64,000 nt of DNA from an uncultured bacterium (GTDB taxonomy: Bacteria > Fidelibacterota > Marinisomatia > Marinisomatales > J089): the NCBI GenBank assembly GCA_964535735.1, contig CAZHTM010000001.1, positions 89,369 to 153,368 on the forward strand, written 5' to 3'. Positions 54,001-62,844 of this stretch are shown piece by piece. Under the pieces are notes generated by a model that worked only from the letters and a program-made list of their open reading frames with translations, made no database searches and had not been told where the DNA came from. The first letter of the stretch is position 1; the number at the start of each line of letters is the position of its first letter. The position numbers and the translations under genes were made by a program.

Positions 54001-54095
54001 TGGCTGATGGACATGTGGGTATTATACTGGACGTCAGCGGACTGGTTAAATCTGCCTCCGGCAATTTTTCAACCGGATATAACCAGGCAGTATAA
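51084..54095 (+). CDS. cheA: chemotaxis histidine kinase CheA with N-terminal receiver and two Hpt (P1) domains
   Basis: REC (ILIADDS...ILDISMPSTSGLE), Hpt1 LKRILHTLKGEAG, Hpt2 IFRAFHTLKGVAGF, dimerisation plus HATPase (HMIRNAVDHGIE...DDGQGL...GRGVGMDVV), and a C-terminal CheW-like domain. Confidence 0.9.
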   Translation: MKPIRILIADDSELIHDRLKNSLSEIESVSSIDQAYTTTETLEKIHETPPDVVILDISMPSTSGLEVLNEIKRDYPEIKVIIFTNYPIDQFKKTANQYDADYFFDKDEGFIKIPELLKRFTMENEFINHLIEYVSESIVITNPSDLQAMGTILDKIEEITNWAKDNSEPLLEEASVKMSQLVKDIILEDVSDIEATMEIIGETLSAFQQVVRDNKSPQDVKFPEGLGLATGKSPVESESGQIVTEGLYHPHGLPDHIDPEVFADFLANQDSVLDDIEGCILALEQPDGEEKIDDLKRILHTLKGEAGLIGLLDVEKLCHQTEDFIDASNGGKLVDPLLAVKDWLRSAFDRYLCKTDTLSPVQTVLDILTTSEIPATESEPVNPETDAVSNEPESASIEEESRSIPDSSAESKPETQPGSEPFTGDVDLVTDFISEANEHLEEADSLLLSLENDPSESSALDGIFRAFHTLKGVAGFLDLKEIGELAHEAENLLDQARKGALSLTGPAMDITFESVDTLKRMIHALETAVSAGFAPGPEPGLDNLIKRLSAIREGQEPPAVENKPAPEAEKPAEKKEKQTTKPSKLPEQSLSKNPSTSGKRKKVVKIKETLKVDAQRLDLLIDTIGELVIAESMISQSKELKSNASPELIKHINQLDKITRELQNLGTSLRMVTVRQTFQKMARLVRDLSKKSGKQVDFVMTGEDTEVDKTVVDKIGDPLVHMIRNAVDHGIEDNEQDRLAAGKPAKGRIELRAFHKGGNIYIEVEDDGQGLNTDVILAKAKERGLVKEGEVLSEREIWNLVLEPGFSTAKKVTEISGRGVGMDVVKRNIEELRGKVEISSIPGKGSVFTIRLPLTLAIIEGMVVRVGTDKYIIPTLSVNESLRPEPEAVSTVMGQGEILSFHDELVPIIRLDGLFGINGAEQDPSKAILVVFEAEGQKAALMVDELLGQQQVVIKSLGETMQDIPGLSGCTIMADGHVGIILDVSGLVKSASGNFSTGYNQAV

Positions 54096-54163
54096 AGAGA
54101 AACATTCGGTCATGAATTTGTACGAGCCATAAATATTTCAAACATTACTGAAAGAGGGGAATT

Positions 54164-54706
54164 ATGAATAATCAAGCCATTGAATCCGCCGCCGTCGGCG
54201 AGGCTACAGTTGATACGCTAAAAGCATCCCAGAAAGAAGGTAAATATTTAACCTTTACTTTGGGAACTGAAGAGTATGGACTGGAGATTCTGAAGGTCCG
54301 TGAAATCATTGGAATTATGAATATCACATCCGTACCCCGGACACCTGACTATGTACAGGGGGTGATCAATTTGCGAGGCAAAGTGATTCCCGTGATCTGT
54401 TTGCGGGTAAAATTTGGCTTAGAAAGAGCTGAATTCACCGACCAGACATGTATCATTGTTGTGGATATCGAGCAAAACGGCCGGTCGCTTCAAATGGGGA
54501 TCTTGGTGGACAGTGTATCTGAAGTTCTGGATATTTCAGAGAATGAGATAGAAGACCCGCCCACAATGGGAAGTCTGGATACCGGTTTTATTCTGGGAAT
54601 GGCAAAATGTAAAGATGGGGTCAAAATTCTTTTAAATATTGATGAAGTCCTAAGGACAGATGAAATCCGGGAAATGTCGGGAATAGCGCTATCTAACGCG
54701 TCCTAA
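54164..54706 (+). CDS. cheW: chemotaxis coupling protein CheW
   Basis: YLTFTLGTEEYGLEILKVREI......VP..P.YV.GVINLRG.VIPV..LR..FG. Confidence 0.9.
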   Translation: MNNQAIESAAVGEATVDTLKASQKEGKYLTFTLGTEEYGLEILKVREIIGIMNITSVPRTPDYVQGVINLRGKVIPVICLRVKFGLERAEFTDQTCIIVVDIEQNGRSLQMGILVDSVSEVLDISENEIEDPPTMGSLDTGFILGMAKCKDGVKILLNIDEVLRTDEIREMSGIALSNAS

Positions 54707-54934
54707 AGTTTTTTCATGCCAACTAAAGGGGGAAACATGAATCTGACCATCTTTGAATTATCGGAAATCCTATTTTCCGACGATATCCACAAATATTTTC
54801 CACGAAACGATAAAGCACCGCAATTCCGGACCGATACCAAGATTCATCCCGAAAGAATGCGGAGTTTTGCGTCACGAAACCCTCATATTGCATCAATAAT
54901 TCCAAATCACAATTCGTAAGAAAGGAAGGAGAAA

Positions 54935-56929
54935 ATGAACCGATATAAAAAAGCATTAGAGGTCTGCCAGAGTGAGAAGGAGAATCTGTTGAATCAGATT
55001 AAAGCAATGTCTTCTGAAATTTCAGCGGTTGTAGAGGCTGTCAAATCCGGTGAAACCGAATCTCGAGCCCGCGCGGATAAGTTTGATGGAGAATTCGCGG
55101 AAATACTCCAAAATATCAATCAACTGGTGGATGTAATGTCGGCGCCGGTTAAAGAAATAGACCAGGTTGTGGAAGAAATCAACCATCATGTGGAAACGGC
55201 GGGATGGAGCGCTTCCCGGTCTTATTCCAGCGTAAAAAACCTGGTTCTGAAGACCATTACCCCATCAGTGGGGAAATCAGGAAACAACGGACTTTCTCAG
55301 ACCATTAGCCGATTGAAAGAAAGTCTGAACACGATTATTACGATCTCGAACAGGAACGCCCGTTCTGTAGACCTAATGGTAAAAGCCATTTCAACGCCTA
55401 TGTTCATTACGGACAAGGATTTGGTGGTTCAGCAAGTGAGCGACGCTACGCTAAAAGCCCTGGGATATACTCGGGAAGAAGTAGTAGGAAAAATGACCTG
55501 TGGAGATATGTGCAACACCGCAGTTTGTGGCACGTCAAAATGTACGATCCTGAATTGCATGAACACTCATCAACCCATATTGGCTGAAGTCGATGCCACC
55601 ACTCGGGATGGACAAAAGATTCCCATCGCCGCAGCGTGCAGCGCCATTCTGGATGACGATGGTGAAGCGATTGGTGGAATGGAAGTGATTTTCGATAAAA
55701 CTCCCGAGAAAGAGGCCTTGAAAGAAGTGGGTCGTCTTGTGGACGGCATTCTTGGCGGAGATTTATCCTCTCAGTGTGACGTTGCCAAATTCGACGGTGA
55801 CTGGAAAAAACTGATGGGAAGCATCAATGATCTGGTCACAGCGTTTGTGAACCCCATCAATGAAGTCAATAGAGTATTGGAAAGAACGGCCAATAAGGAT
55901 TTAACGGCTCGTGTTATTGGCGATTACAAAGGACAATTTGAGGAATTTAAAACCAATGTTAACACGGCCATCGAGAATCTGGACCAGGCCTTAAGCCAGG
56001 TTGACAGCGCCGCCGCACAAGTGGCGTCAGCTAGCACTCAGATTGCCAGCGGCAGTCAATCTCTGGCGGAAGGAACCAATCAGCAGGCCAGTTCACTGGA
56101 GCAAATTTCCAGCAGTCTGGAAGAAATGTCTTCCATGACGGAACAAAACGCTCAGAACGCCAATCAGGCCACAAAATTATCGGCCATGTCTAAAGAACGT
56201 GCCGGTGACGGAAATGCGGCGATGGATCGGATGTCTCAGGCAATTGAAAAAATCAAGATGTCTTCCGATGAAACGGCGAAGATTGTAAAAACGATCGACG
56301 AGATCGCATTCCAGACCAATCTATTAGCTCTGAATGCGGCCGTGGAAGCAGCCCGCGCAGGTGATGCCGGGAAAGGGTTTGCCGTCGTAGCTGAAGAAGT
56401 TCGCAATCTGGCTCAACGCTCCGCGGAAGCCGCGAAAAATACTGCCGAAATGATCAATGAATCGGTGGATAATGCCAACAACGGCGTGGCTATTTCCAAG
56501 GAAGTGGCCAAATTGTTGAAAGAGATTGTTGATGCCGCTACTGATGTAAATAATCTTGTTTCGGAGATCGATGCCGCATCCAAAGAACAGGCATTGGGAA
56601 TCGAACAGATTAACACCGCCGTAGCTGAATTGAATAAAGTGACTCAGCAAAATGCTGCGAATTCAGAAGAATCGGCCAGCGCTTCAGAAGAATTGAATAG
56701 TCAGGCAGAGGAACTGAATGCGTTGGTTGGGGATTTCATTCTTAATCATCAATCCACAAAACCAGAAAGCCCTATCGTATCCCGGACCATTCGTAAGAAA
56801 CCCCGAACGGAATCCAAACCACTGTTGAACGGGCACGGTGCAGGGAAAAATAGGACACATTCCAGAGCCTCAGAGATGACCCCTGAAGAGGTAATCCCTC
56901 TGGAAGAAGATGACATGCTGGATTTCTAA
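54935..56929 (+). CDS. soluble methyl-accepting chemotaxis protein with Cys-rich PAS domain and HAMP
   Basis: No TM segment. PAS region with [20 protein letters not shown]. Signalling hairpin [42 protein letters not shown]. Confidence 0.9.
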   Translation: MNRYKKALEVCQSEKENLLNQIKAMSSEISAVVEAVKSGETESRARADKFDGEFAEILQNINQLVDVMSAPVKEIDQVVEEINHHVETAGWSASRSYSSVKNLVLKTITPSVGKSGNNGLSQTISRLKESLNTIITISNRNARSVDLMVKAISTPMFITDKDLVVQQVSDATLKALGYTREEVVGKMTCGDMCNTAVCGTSKCTILNCMNTHQPILAEVDATTRDGQKIPIAAACSAILDDDGEAIGGMEVIFDKTPEKEALKEVGRLVDGILGGDLSSQCDVAKFDGDWKKLMGSINDLVTAFVNPINEVNRVLERTANKDLTARVIGDYKGQFEEFKTNVNTAIENLDQALSQVDSAAAQVASASTQIASGSQSLAEGTNQQASSLEQISSSLEEMSSMTEQNAQNANQATKLSAMSKERAGDGNAAMDRMSQAIEKIKMSSDETAKIVKTIDEIAFQTNLLALNAAVEAARAGDAGKGFAVVAEEVRNLAQRSAEAAKNTAEMINESVDNANNGVAISKEVAKLLKEIVDAATDVNNLVSEIDAASKEQALGIEQINTAVAELNKVTQQNAANSEESASASEELNSQAEELNALVGDFILNHQSTKPESPIVSRTIRKKPRTESKPLLNGHGAGKNRTHSRASEMTPEEVIPLEEDDMLDF

Positions 56930-56968
56930 TTCGAATCTGGGTTATTTTTGAAACCTTGAATTCGGCAT

Positions 56969-57046
56969 GAACTTCCGTCCGGTGTTTTCTCTATTGAAGC
57001 AGTGACCATTGTTTCTCGGAGAAAACACCGGATATTCCGGAAGTTC
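56969..57046. other. long imperfect hairpin between mcp and cheR
   Basis: Outer stem GAACTTCCG (56969-56977) / CGGAAGTTC (57038-57046). Inner stem TCCGGTGTTTTCTC (56978-56991) / GAGAAAACACCGGA (57019-57032). 27-nt loop and 5-nt asymmetric bulge. Confidence 0.6.
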
Positions 57047-57158
57047 GATCAATACGAGATACCGCTTTTTTTAAACCATCTATATCAACGGGGGACATGT
57101 TGTTTTACAGAGGTCTTTATCATTCCGAACCGCGCGTATATTTTGAAAGTCGTATAAG

Positions 57159-57968
57159 ATGAAACTAGATCCATATACGTTCAAGGCGATTCAAAAAATA
57201 GTTTATACCCGTAGTGGCATTGTCCTGAATGATAAAAAAGAAGCTCTGGTTTCTGGTCGGATAGCCAAACGACTCCGCGCCTTAAACCTCCCAAATTATC
57301 GAAGCTACCTGGATTATCTGACGGCCGATAAAACTGGCGAGGAACTCACGCAGATGCTGGACGCCATTTCTACCAATGTGACCAGCTTTTTCAGAGAAAA
57401 TGACCATTATATTTTTCTGCAAAATATATTTAGAAAGTGGGTCGATCAGGGTCAAAAACGTTTTCGGTTCTGGTCAGCGGCTTGTTCATCTGGGGAAGAA
57501 CCATATTCCATGGCCATGACAATGGTTTCTGTACTGGAATCAACGTATGTGGATTTAAAAATATTGGCCACGGATATATCCACACGGGTGCTTCTGAAGA
57601 GTCAAAAAGGGATTTATCCCGAAAAATCTGTTCGGACCGTGAATCCTAAATATAAGAACCGATTTTTTCGAAAAGTGTACTTGGATTCCGAAGAATATTA
57701 TTCTATTGATGATTCCATCAAAAAGTTGATCACATTTAGGCAGATCAATTTATCCCAACCACCGTTTCCCATGAAGGGTCCCCTGGACACTGTCTTCTGT
57801 TGCAATGTCATGATATATTTTGATAACATAATCCGGAAAAAATTAATTGATGAAATATACAGGTTGTTAAAACCAGGCGGTTACTTGATTCTGGGGCATG
57901 CGGAAAGTTTAGCCGGGATCGAAAATAATTTCACGCTAGTACAACCATCTATTTATATAAAAAAGTGA
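57159..57968 (+). CDS. cheR: chemotaxis protein methyltransferase CheR
   Basis: TSFFRE..H...L, SAM motif FRFWSAACSSGEEPYSMAM, ILATDIS, VFCCNVMIYFD. Confidence 0.9.
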   Translation: MKLDPYTFKAIQKIVYTRSGIVLNDKKEALVSGRIAKRLRALNLPNYRSYLDYLTADKTGEELTQMLDAISTNVTSFFRENDHYIFLQNIFRKWVDQGQKRFRFWSAACSSGEEPYSMAMTMVSVLESTYVDLKILATDISTRVLLKSQKGIYPEKSVRTVNPKYKNRFFRKVYLDSEEYYSIDDSIKKLITFRQINLSQPPFPMKGPLDTVFCCNVMIYFDNIIRKKLIDEIYRLLKPGGYLILGHAESLAGIENNFTLVQPSIYIKK

Positions 57969-58040
57969 TCCTTATCCATCGAGAAATTTTCAGACCAAAA
58001 GATGAAAAATACATAGTACTCGGAGTAAGGAACGACAGAG

Positions 58041-58532
58041 TTGGAGAAGAAAAATATGGTTCTGACCGTTGGAATATCCGATATGAAAGTTTCCCAGGAC
58101 CCAGAAGATGTATTGATTACATATTCGCTGGGATCATGCGTCGGACTCACATTATATGATCCCGTGGCAAAGGTCGGCGGATTGGTACATTGTATGTTGC
58201 CGTTGTCCCGAATTGACCCTGAAAAAGCCAAAGCGAATCCATATATGTTTACAGATACTGGCACGCAAAACCTGATCCAATCCATGTTTGATTTGGGAGC
58301 CAGACGGGAACATCTCATTGCGAAAGTAGCCGGAGCCTCCAATTTATTGGACACGAAACGAATGTTCCGTATCGGAGAGCGGAATTACACCGTGCTGAGA
58401 AAGGTGTTATGGAAAAATAATATTCTGATTGCCTCTGAGGATGTTGGGGGCGCAAAATCCAGGACATTATCTCTATATATGAAAGACGGCCGGTCTACAA
58501 TCCGAACCAAAGGGAAGGAAGTGGAATTATGA
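58041..58532 (+). CDS. cheD: chemoreceptor glutamine deamidase CheD
   Basis: ITYSLGSCVGLTLYDPVAKVGGLVHCMLP...GERNY......L....I.I...DVGG...R (catalytic Cys/His context). The start is TTG 58041 or ATG 58056. Confidence 0.85.
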   Translation: MEKKNMVLTVGISDMKVSQDPEDVLITYSLGSCVGLTLYDPVAKVGGLVHCMLPLSRIDPEKAKANPYMFTDTGTQNLIQSMFDLGARREHLIAKVAGASNLLDTKRMFRIGERNYTVLRKVLWKNNILIASEDVGGAKSRTLSLYMKDGRSTIRTKGKEVEL

Positions 58533-59380
58533 GTCAGAGAGAGAAGATTATCGCTAAGTTGGATCAAATTCCTGCCATGCCGGTGATTGTGACCAAACTT
58601 ACTCAAATGCTGTCGGACCCGAATGTCAGTTTCAGAGAAATTGCCGAAGTCGTTAAATATGATCCTGGAATTACCTCAAATGTTCTCCGACTGGCAAATT
58701 CAGCTTATTTTGGTTTCGCCAGTACCGTGGATTCAGTCCAGCAAGGGATTGTGCGTTTAGGAACCCGGCGGATGTATGAACTGGTTTTAGCCGCTGCCGT
58801 AGGTCCCATGGCTCAGCAGGCGGTGAAAGGATATGATCTTCCTCCGGGATCATTGTGGAAACACTCTATCACGGTGGCCATTGGCACGGAACAAATAGCG
58901 GAAATTTTAAAGATTAAATTACCGGATTTCGCTTTTACAGCCGGGTTATTACATGATATCGGCAAAATTATTCTAGGAACGTTTGTAGAAGTGGATGTTG
59001 CCCCGATTATCAACCTGGTGAACAATCACGGCCTGGCGTTTAATGAAGCAGAAAGGAAAATATTGGGAATAAACCATTCGGAAATAGGTGCTTTACTATT
59101 TAAAAAGTGGAATATTCCCCAACCGATTATCGACGTGATCCGGTGGCACCATAACCCCGTGAATCTTGACGGTGATCAGACCATTGTAAATCTGGTTCAT
59201 ATTGCGGACATTATTGCCATAATGAGCGGGATTGGGTCCGGGCAGGACGGACTTTCTTATCGTTCTTCAGAATCTGTGTTTAACACGTTAAAATTAAATC
59301 CATCTCAACTGGAAGCCTGCGCTTGTCAGACCATGACCAAGGTTGAAGAGTTGGAAAATATTTTTTCCTTTCCTAAATAG
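58529..59380 (+). CDS. HDOD domain signalling protein
   Basis: KLDQIPAMPVIVTKL..ML.DPN.S..EIAEV...DPG.TSNVLRLANSAYFG...GLLHDIGK... Overlaps the cheD stop (ATGA). Confidence 0.8.
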   Translation: MSQREKIIAKLDQIPAMPVIVTKLTQMLSDPNVSFREIAEVVKYDPGITSNVLRLANSAYFGFASTVDSVQQGIVRLGTRRMYELVLAAAVGPMAQQAVKGYDLPPGSLWKHSITVAIGTEQIAEILKIKLPDFAFTAGLLHDIGKIILGTFVEVDVAPIINLVNNHGLAFNEAERKILGINHSEIGALLFKKWNIPQPIIDVIRWHHNPVNLDGDQTIVNLVHIADIIAIMSGIGSGQDGLSYRSSESVFNTLKLNPSQLEACACQTMTKVEELENIFSFPK

Positions 59381-59389
59381 GAGTGACCC

Positions 59390-59773
59390 ATGGCCTTCAA
59401 TATTCTAATTGTAGATGATTCCGCGACGGTTCGCGCGGTGATCGAGAAAACGCTTCAAATCGCCGGCGTCGATGTCGGTCAATTGTTTAAAGCCGCAAAT
59501 GGAAAAGAAGCTCTTGAAATTATCGGAGAAAACTGGATTGATCTTGTTTTCGCGGATATTAATATGCCCGTGATGAATGGGATCGAAATGCTGGAAAAAC
59601 TTTCCGTCGACGGCGTATTGAAAACCATTCCTGTGATTGTCGTATCCACGGAGGGCAGTGCCACCAGAATTGAGCAGTTGAAAACTAAGGGAGTACGCGG
59701 TTTCATCCGGAAACCCTTTACTCCGGAAATTGTACGTGCAATGGTTGATGATATTATGGGAGTCCGAAAATGA
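59390..59773 (+). CDS. cheY: chemotaxis response regulator CheY
   Basis: Single REC domain: ILIVDDSATVR...VFADINMPVMNGIE...VVSTEG...FIRKPF. Confidence 0.9.
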   Translation: MAFNILIVDDSATVRAVIEKTLQIAGVDVGQLFKAANGKEALEIIGENWIDLVFADINMPVMNGIEMLEKLSVDGVLKTIPVIVVSTEGSATRIEQLKTKGVRGFIRKPFTPEIVRAMVDDIMGVRK

Positions 59774-60231
59774 ATCAGGAACAAGTTGAAATTATCCAGG
59801 ATGTCTTCGCGGAAGTCATGGAAAAAATTGCTTTTATGTTTGCCGAACCGGCGGAAAAAGACGCCGTGTCATCAGAGGATTCGGAATATATCCAGGCTAT
59901 GATGAGTTTTACCGGCGATCTTTCTGGCTCCATATCAATTGCGGTGCCAGTGGAAATGTGTCCCGAAATCGCGTCCAACATTTTGGGTATATCTCCCGAA
60001 GAAGAACAAGGAATGGAACTGGCAACGGATGCCCTAAAAGAAGTTCTGAACATCAGTTGCGGACAAATATTAACCGCGATTGGTAGTGAAAAAATGGACT
60101 TCAGTCTCACGGTTCCTGAAACCAGAACGATGGACGCCCGTGAATGGGATCGTTCTTTGAATCAAGATAATATTCTCGCATTCAGTGTGGATGATTTTCC
60201 CGTCCTCCTAGGATTGACGATCAATTCATAA
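59770..60231 (+). CDS. cheX: CheX-type CheY-P phosphatase (CheC/CheX/FliY family)
   Basis: 153 aa with a single D-x3-E-x2-N signature (DALKEVLNISCGQ). ATGA overlap with cheY. Confidence 0.6.
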   Translation: MNQEQVEIIQDVFAEVMEKIAFMFAEPAEKDAVSSEDSEYIQAMMSFTGDLSGSISIAVPVEMCPEIASNILGISPEEEQGMELATDALKEVLNISCGQILTAIGSEKMDFSLTVPETRTMDAREWDRSLNQDNILAFSVDDFPVLLGLTINS

Positions 60232-60281
60232 AAAACAATAGCATCGTTTTTTACTGTAAACCGATTGATTAACGGAAATAA

Positions 60282-61307
<1,026 letters not shown>

Positions 61308-61558
61308 GAACTGGGATGTCAGGGCTTGCGAGCAAACTGGGTTTCGAGGGCATAATACAAAGTTCATTATCCCTTGGATCACGCAACGTTTAACGAGTCA
61401 GCGGTGTAACTATTGGGACCAGAAAAACAGCGTTCTTTCAATGATTCTTTTTTTTAAATTACTGTTGAATAACCTCAGTTCCTTAAAACGAAACCTAGTT
61501 ATCGAACGAATCGGGACAAATTCATGTATGGGGTGATCATTGTTCAGGAGGGAACAAG

Positions 61559-61930
61559 ATGAGTGAAAAAAAAGTGTTAATTGCAGAAGATTCTCCCACT
61601 ATGCGGAGAATTATTCATAATTCCTTGCGAACCATTGGTTTTTCAGATGTCACTGAAGCGGAAAATGGATTGGACGCGTGGCAGAAACTTCAGGCAGATC
61701 CTGTGGATTTGGTGATCACGGATTGGAATATGCCGGAGATGAATGGAGCACAGTTGGTGGGGAAACTGCGCAGCAGTGAGCAATATAAAACCACTCCTAT
61801 TATTATGATTACGACCCGCGGAATGAAAGAGGATGTTTTTACGGCCATTAAATTGGGTGTAAATGGATATATTGTTAAACCATTTACACCGGATGCTTTA
61901 AAACAACGAATACAGGAAGTATTGTCTTAA
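61559..61930 (+). CDS. cheY: chemotaxis response regulator CheY (second copy)
   Basis: VLIAEDSPTMRRI...ITDWNMPEMNG...MITTRG...GVNGYIVKPF. Strong SD (caggaggg) upstream. Confidence 0.9.
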   Translation: MSEKKVLIAEDSPTMRRIIHNSLRTIGFSDVTEAENGLDAWQKLQADPVDLVITDWNMPEMNGAQLVGKLRSSEQYKTTPIIMITTRGMKEDVFTAIKLGVNGYIVKPFTPDALKQRIQEVLS

Positions 61931-61960
61931 GTATTCCACCTCTCCTGTAAAGGATACTTT

Positions 61961-62590
61961 ATGGAAAAAATCGAGAAGATTGATAAAATCCTGGAAAAAG
62001 TCCAGGAAATTCAAGGCTTTTTTAAAGTGGGTGATGAACTGATTCCTTTTTTAACTGAATTGTTTCTGTTTCTTAAGGAGACCATACCTTTAATGGCTAA
62101 AGTGGATCAATCCATTCAGGAAGGTTCCCGTAAACTTCCTACCGCTGCGGAAAAAATTCAGACGGCTTCACAAACCGCAGAGTCTGCCACCCATCAAATC
62201 CTCGATAAACTGGATATAATAACTCAAAACTTAACGCAATTGGAAAAACGTGCCGACGAAGAAGACCGACCCTTAATTCAGAAAATTCAGGAGGATGTTC
62301 AGGAATCTATTTATGTATTGCAATTCCAGGACATCACCAGTCAACAACTGGAACACGCAAACCGGATACTGAACGCCATCCAAGAAAAATTTGATCGTTT
62401 ATTTACTTCCATCTCCAAGATGAAATTAGAAACGACCATTGCCGGTCAAATTCTGGGAGAAAAACAAATAGCAGAGGTACAAGAGGCTTTGAAAAAAGAA
62501 TCCCAAGAATTCGAAAGTAAAACTGAGGATATTATTCGTAAAGGCTCCATCTCCCAAGAGGATATAGATAAATTATTTCCTGCGAAGTAG
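61961..62590 (+). CDS. cheZ: CheZ-like CheY-P phosphatase
   Basis: All-helical 209-aa protein with LQFQDITSQQLEH, matching the CheZ active-site motif FQD(L/I)T(G/S)Q (D-x3-Q). Confidence 0.55.
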   Translation: MEKIEKIDKILEKVQEIQGFFKVGDELIPFLTELFLFLKETIPLMAKVDQSIQEGSRKLPTAAEKIQTASQTAESATHQILDKLDIITQNLTQLEKRADEEDRPLIQKIQEDVQESIYVLQFQDITSQQLEHANRILNAIQEKFDRLFTSISKMKLETTIAGQILGEKQIAEVQEALKKESQEFESKTEDIIRKGSISQEDIDKLFPAK

Positions 62591-62844
62591 TAAAATCATC
62601 GGTACGTTGGACTCAAGGGCGCAGATTCCATAAAATATTTCTGCGTGTGCTTCCCCTTATAATACGCCATACATTATCTACGGAAAATTCCGGTTAAGAT
62701 GACAGGGGTTTTATTAACCCATAAAAGCTACTATCCTTAAGAGGTTGGGGACGATATTCTGTAAAAAACAAATTTATTAGAAATGAAGTAGTCCCAAATA
62801 AGGTTTGTTAAGTAAAATTTCTTCTTCTGAATCTTAACAATTAG

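Noticed and set aside
54716-54956. Small ORFs (67 aa on the plus strand, 77 aa on the minus strand) in the 228-bp cheW-mcp gap.
   Set aside because: They mutually overlap on opposite strands, have no motifs, and no convincing RBS was seen. The region more likely holds the mcp 5' UTR or promoter. Left unannotated.
56915-56929. C-terminal pentapeptide tether (NWETF-like) on the MCP for CheR/CheB docking.
   Set aside because: The protein ends ...DDMLDF. It has the terminal Phe and an acidic context, but the essential Trp at position -4 is absent, so it is not a canonical tether.
62591-62844. A c-di-GMP riboswitch upstream of the EAL-HDOD gene.
   Set aside because: No GEMM-I/II-like conserved cores were seen; only a simple CGCAGA/TCTGCG hairpin just after the cheZ-like stop, which is probably a weak terminator. 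A covariance-model scan would be needed to be certain.
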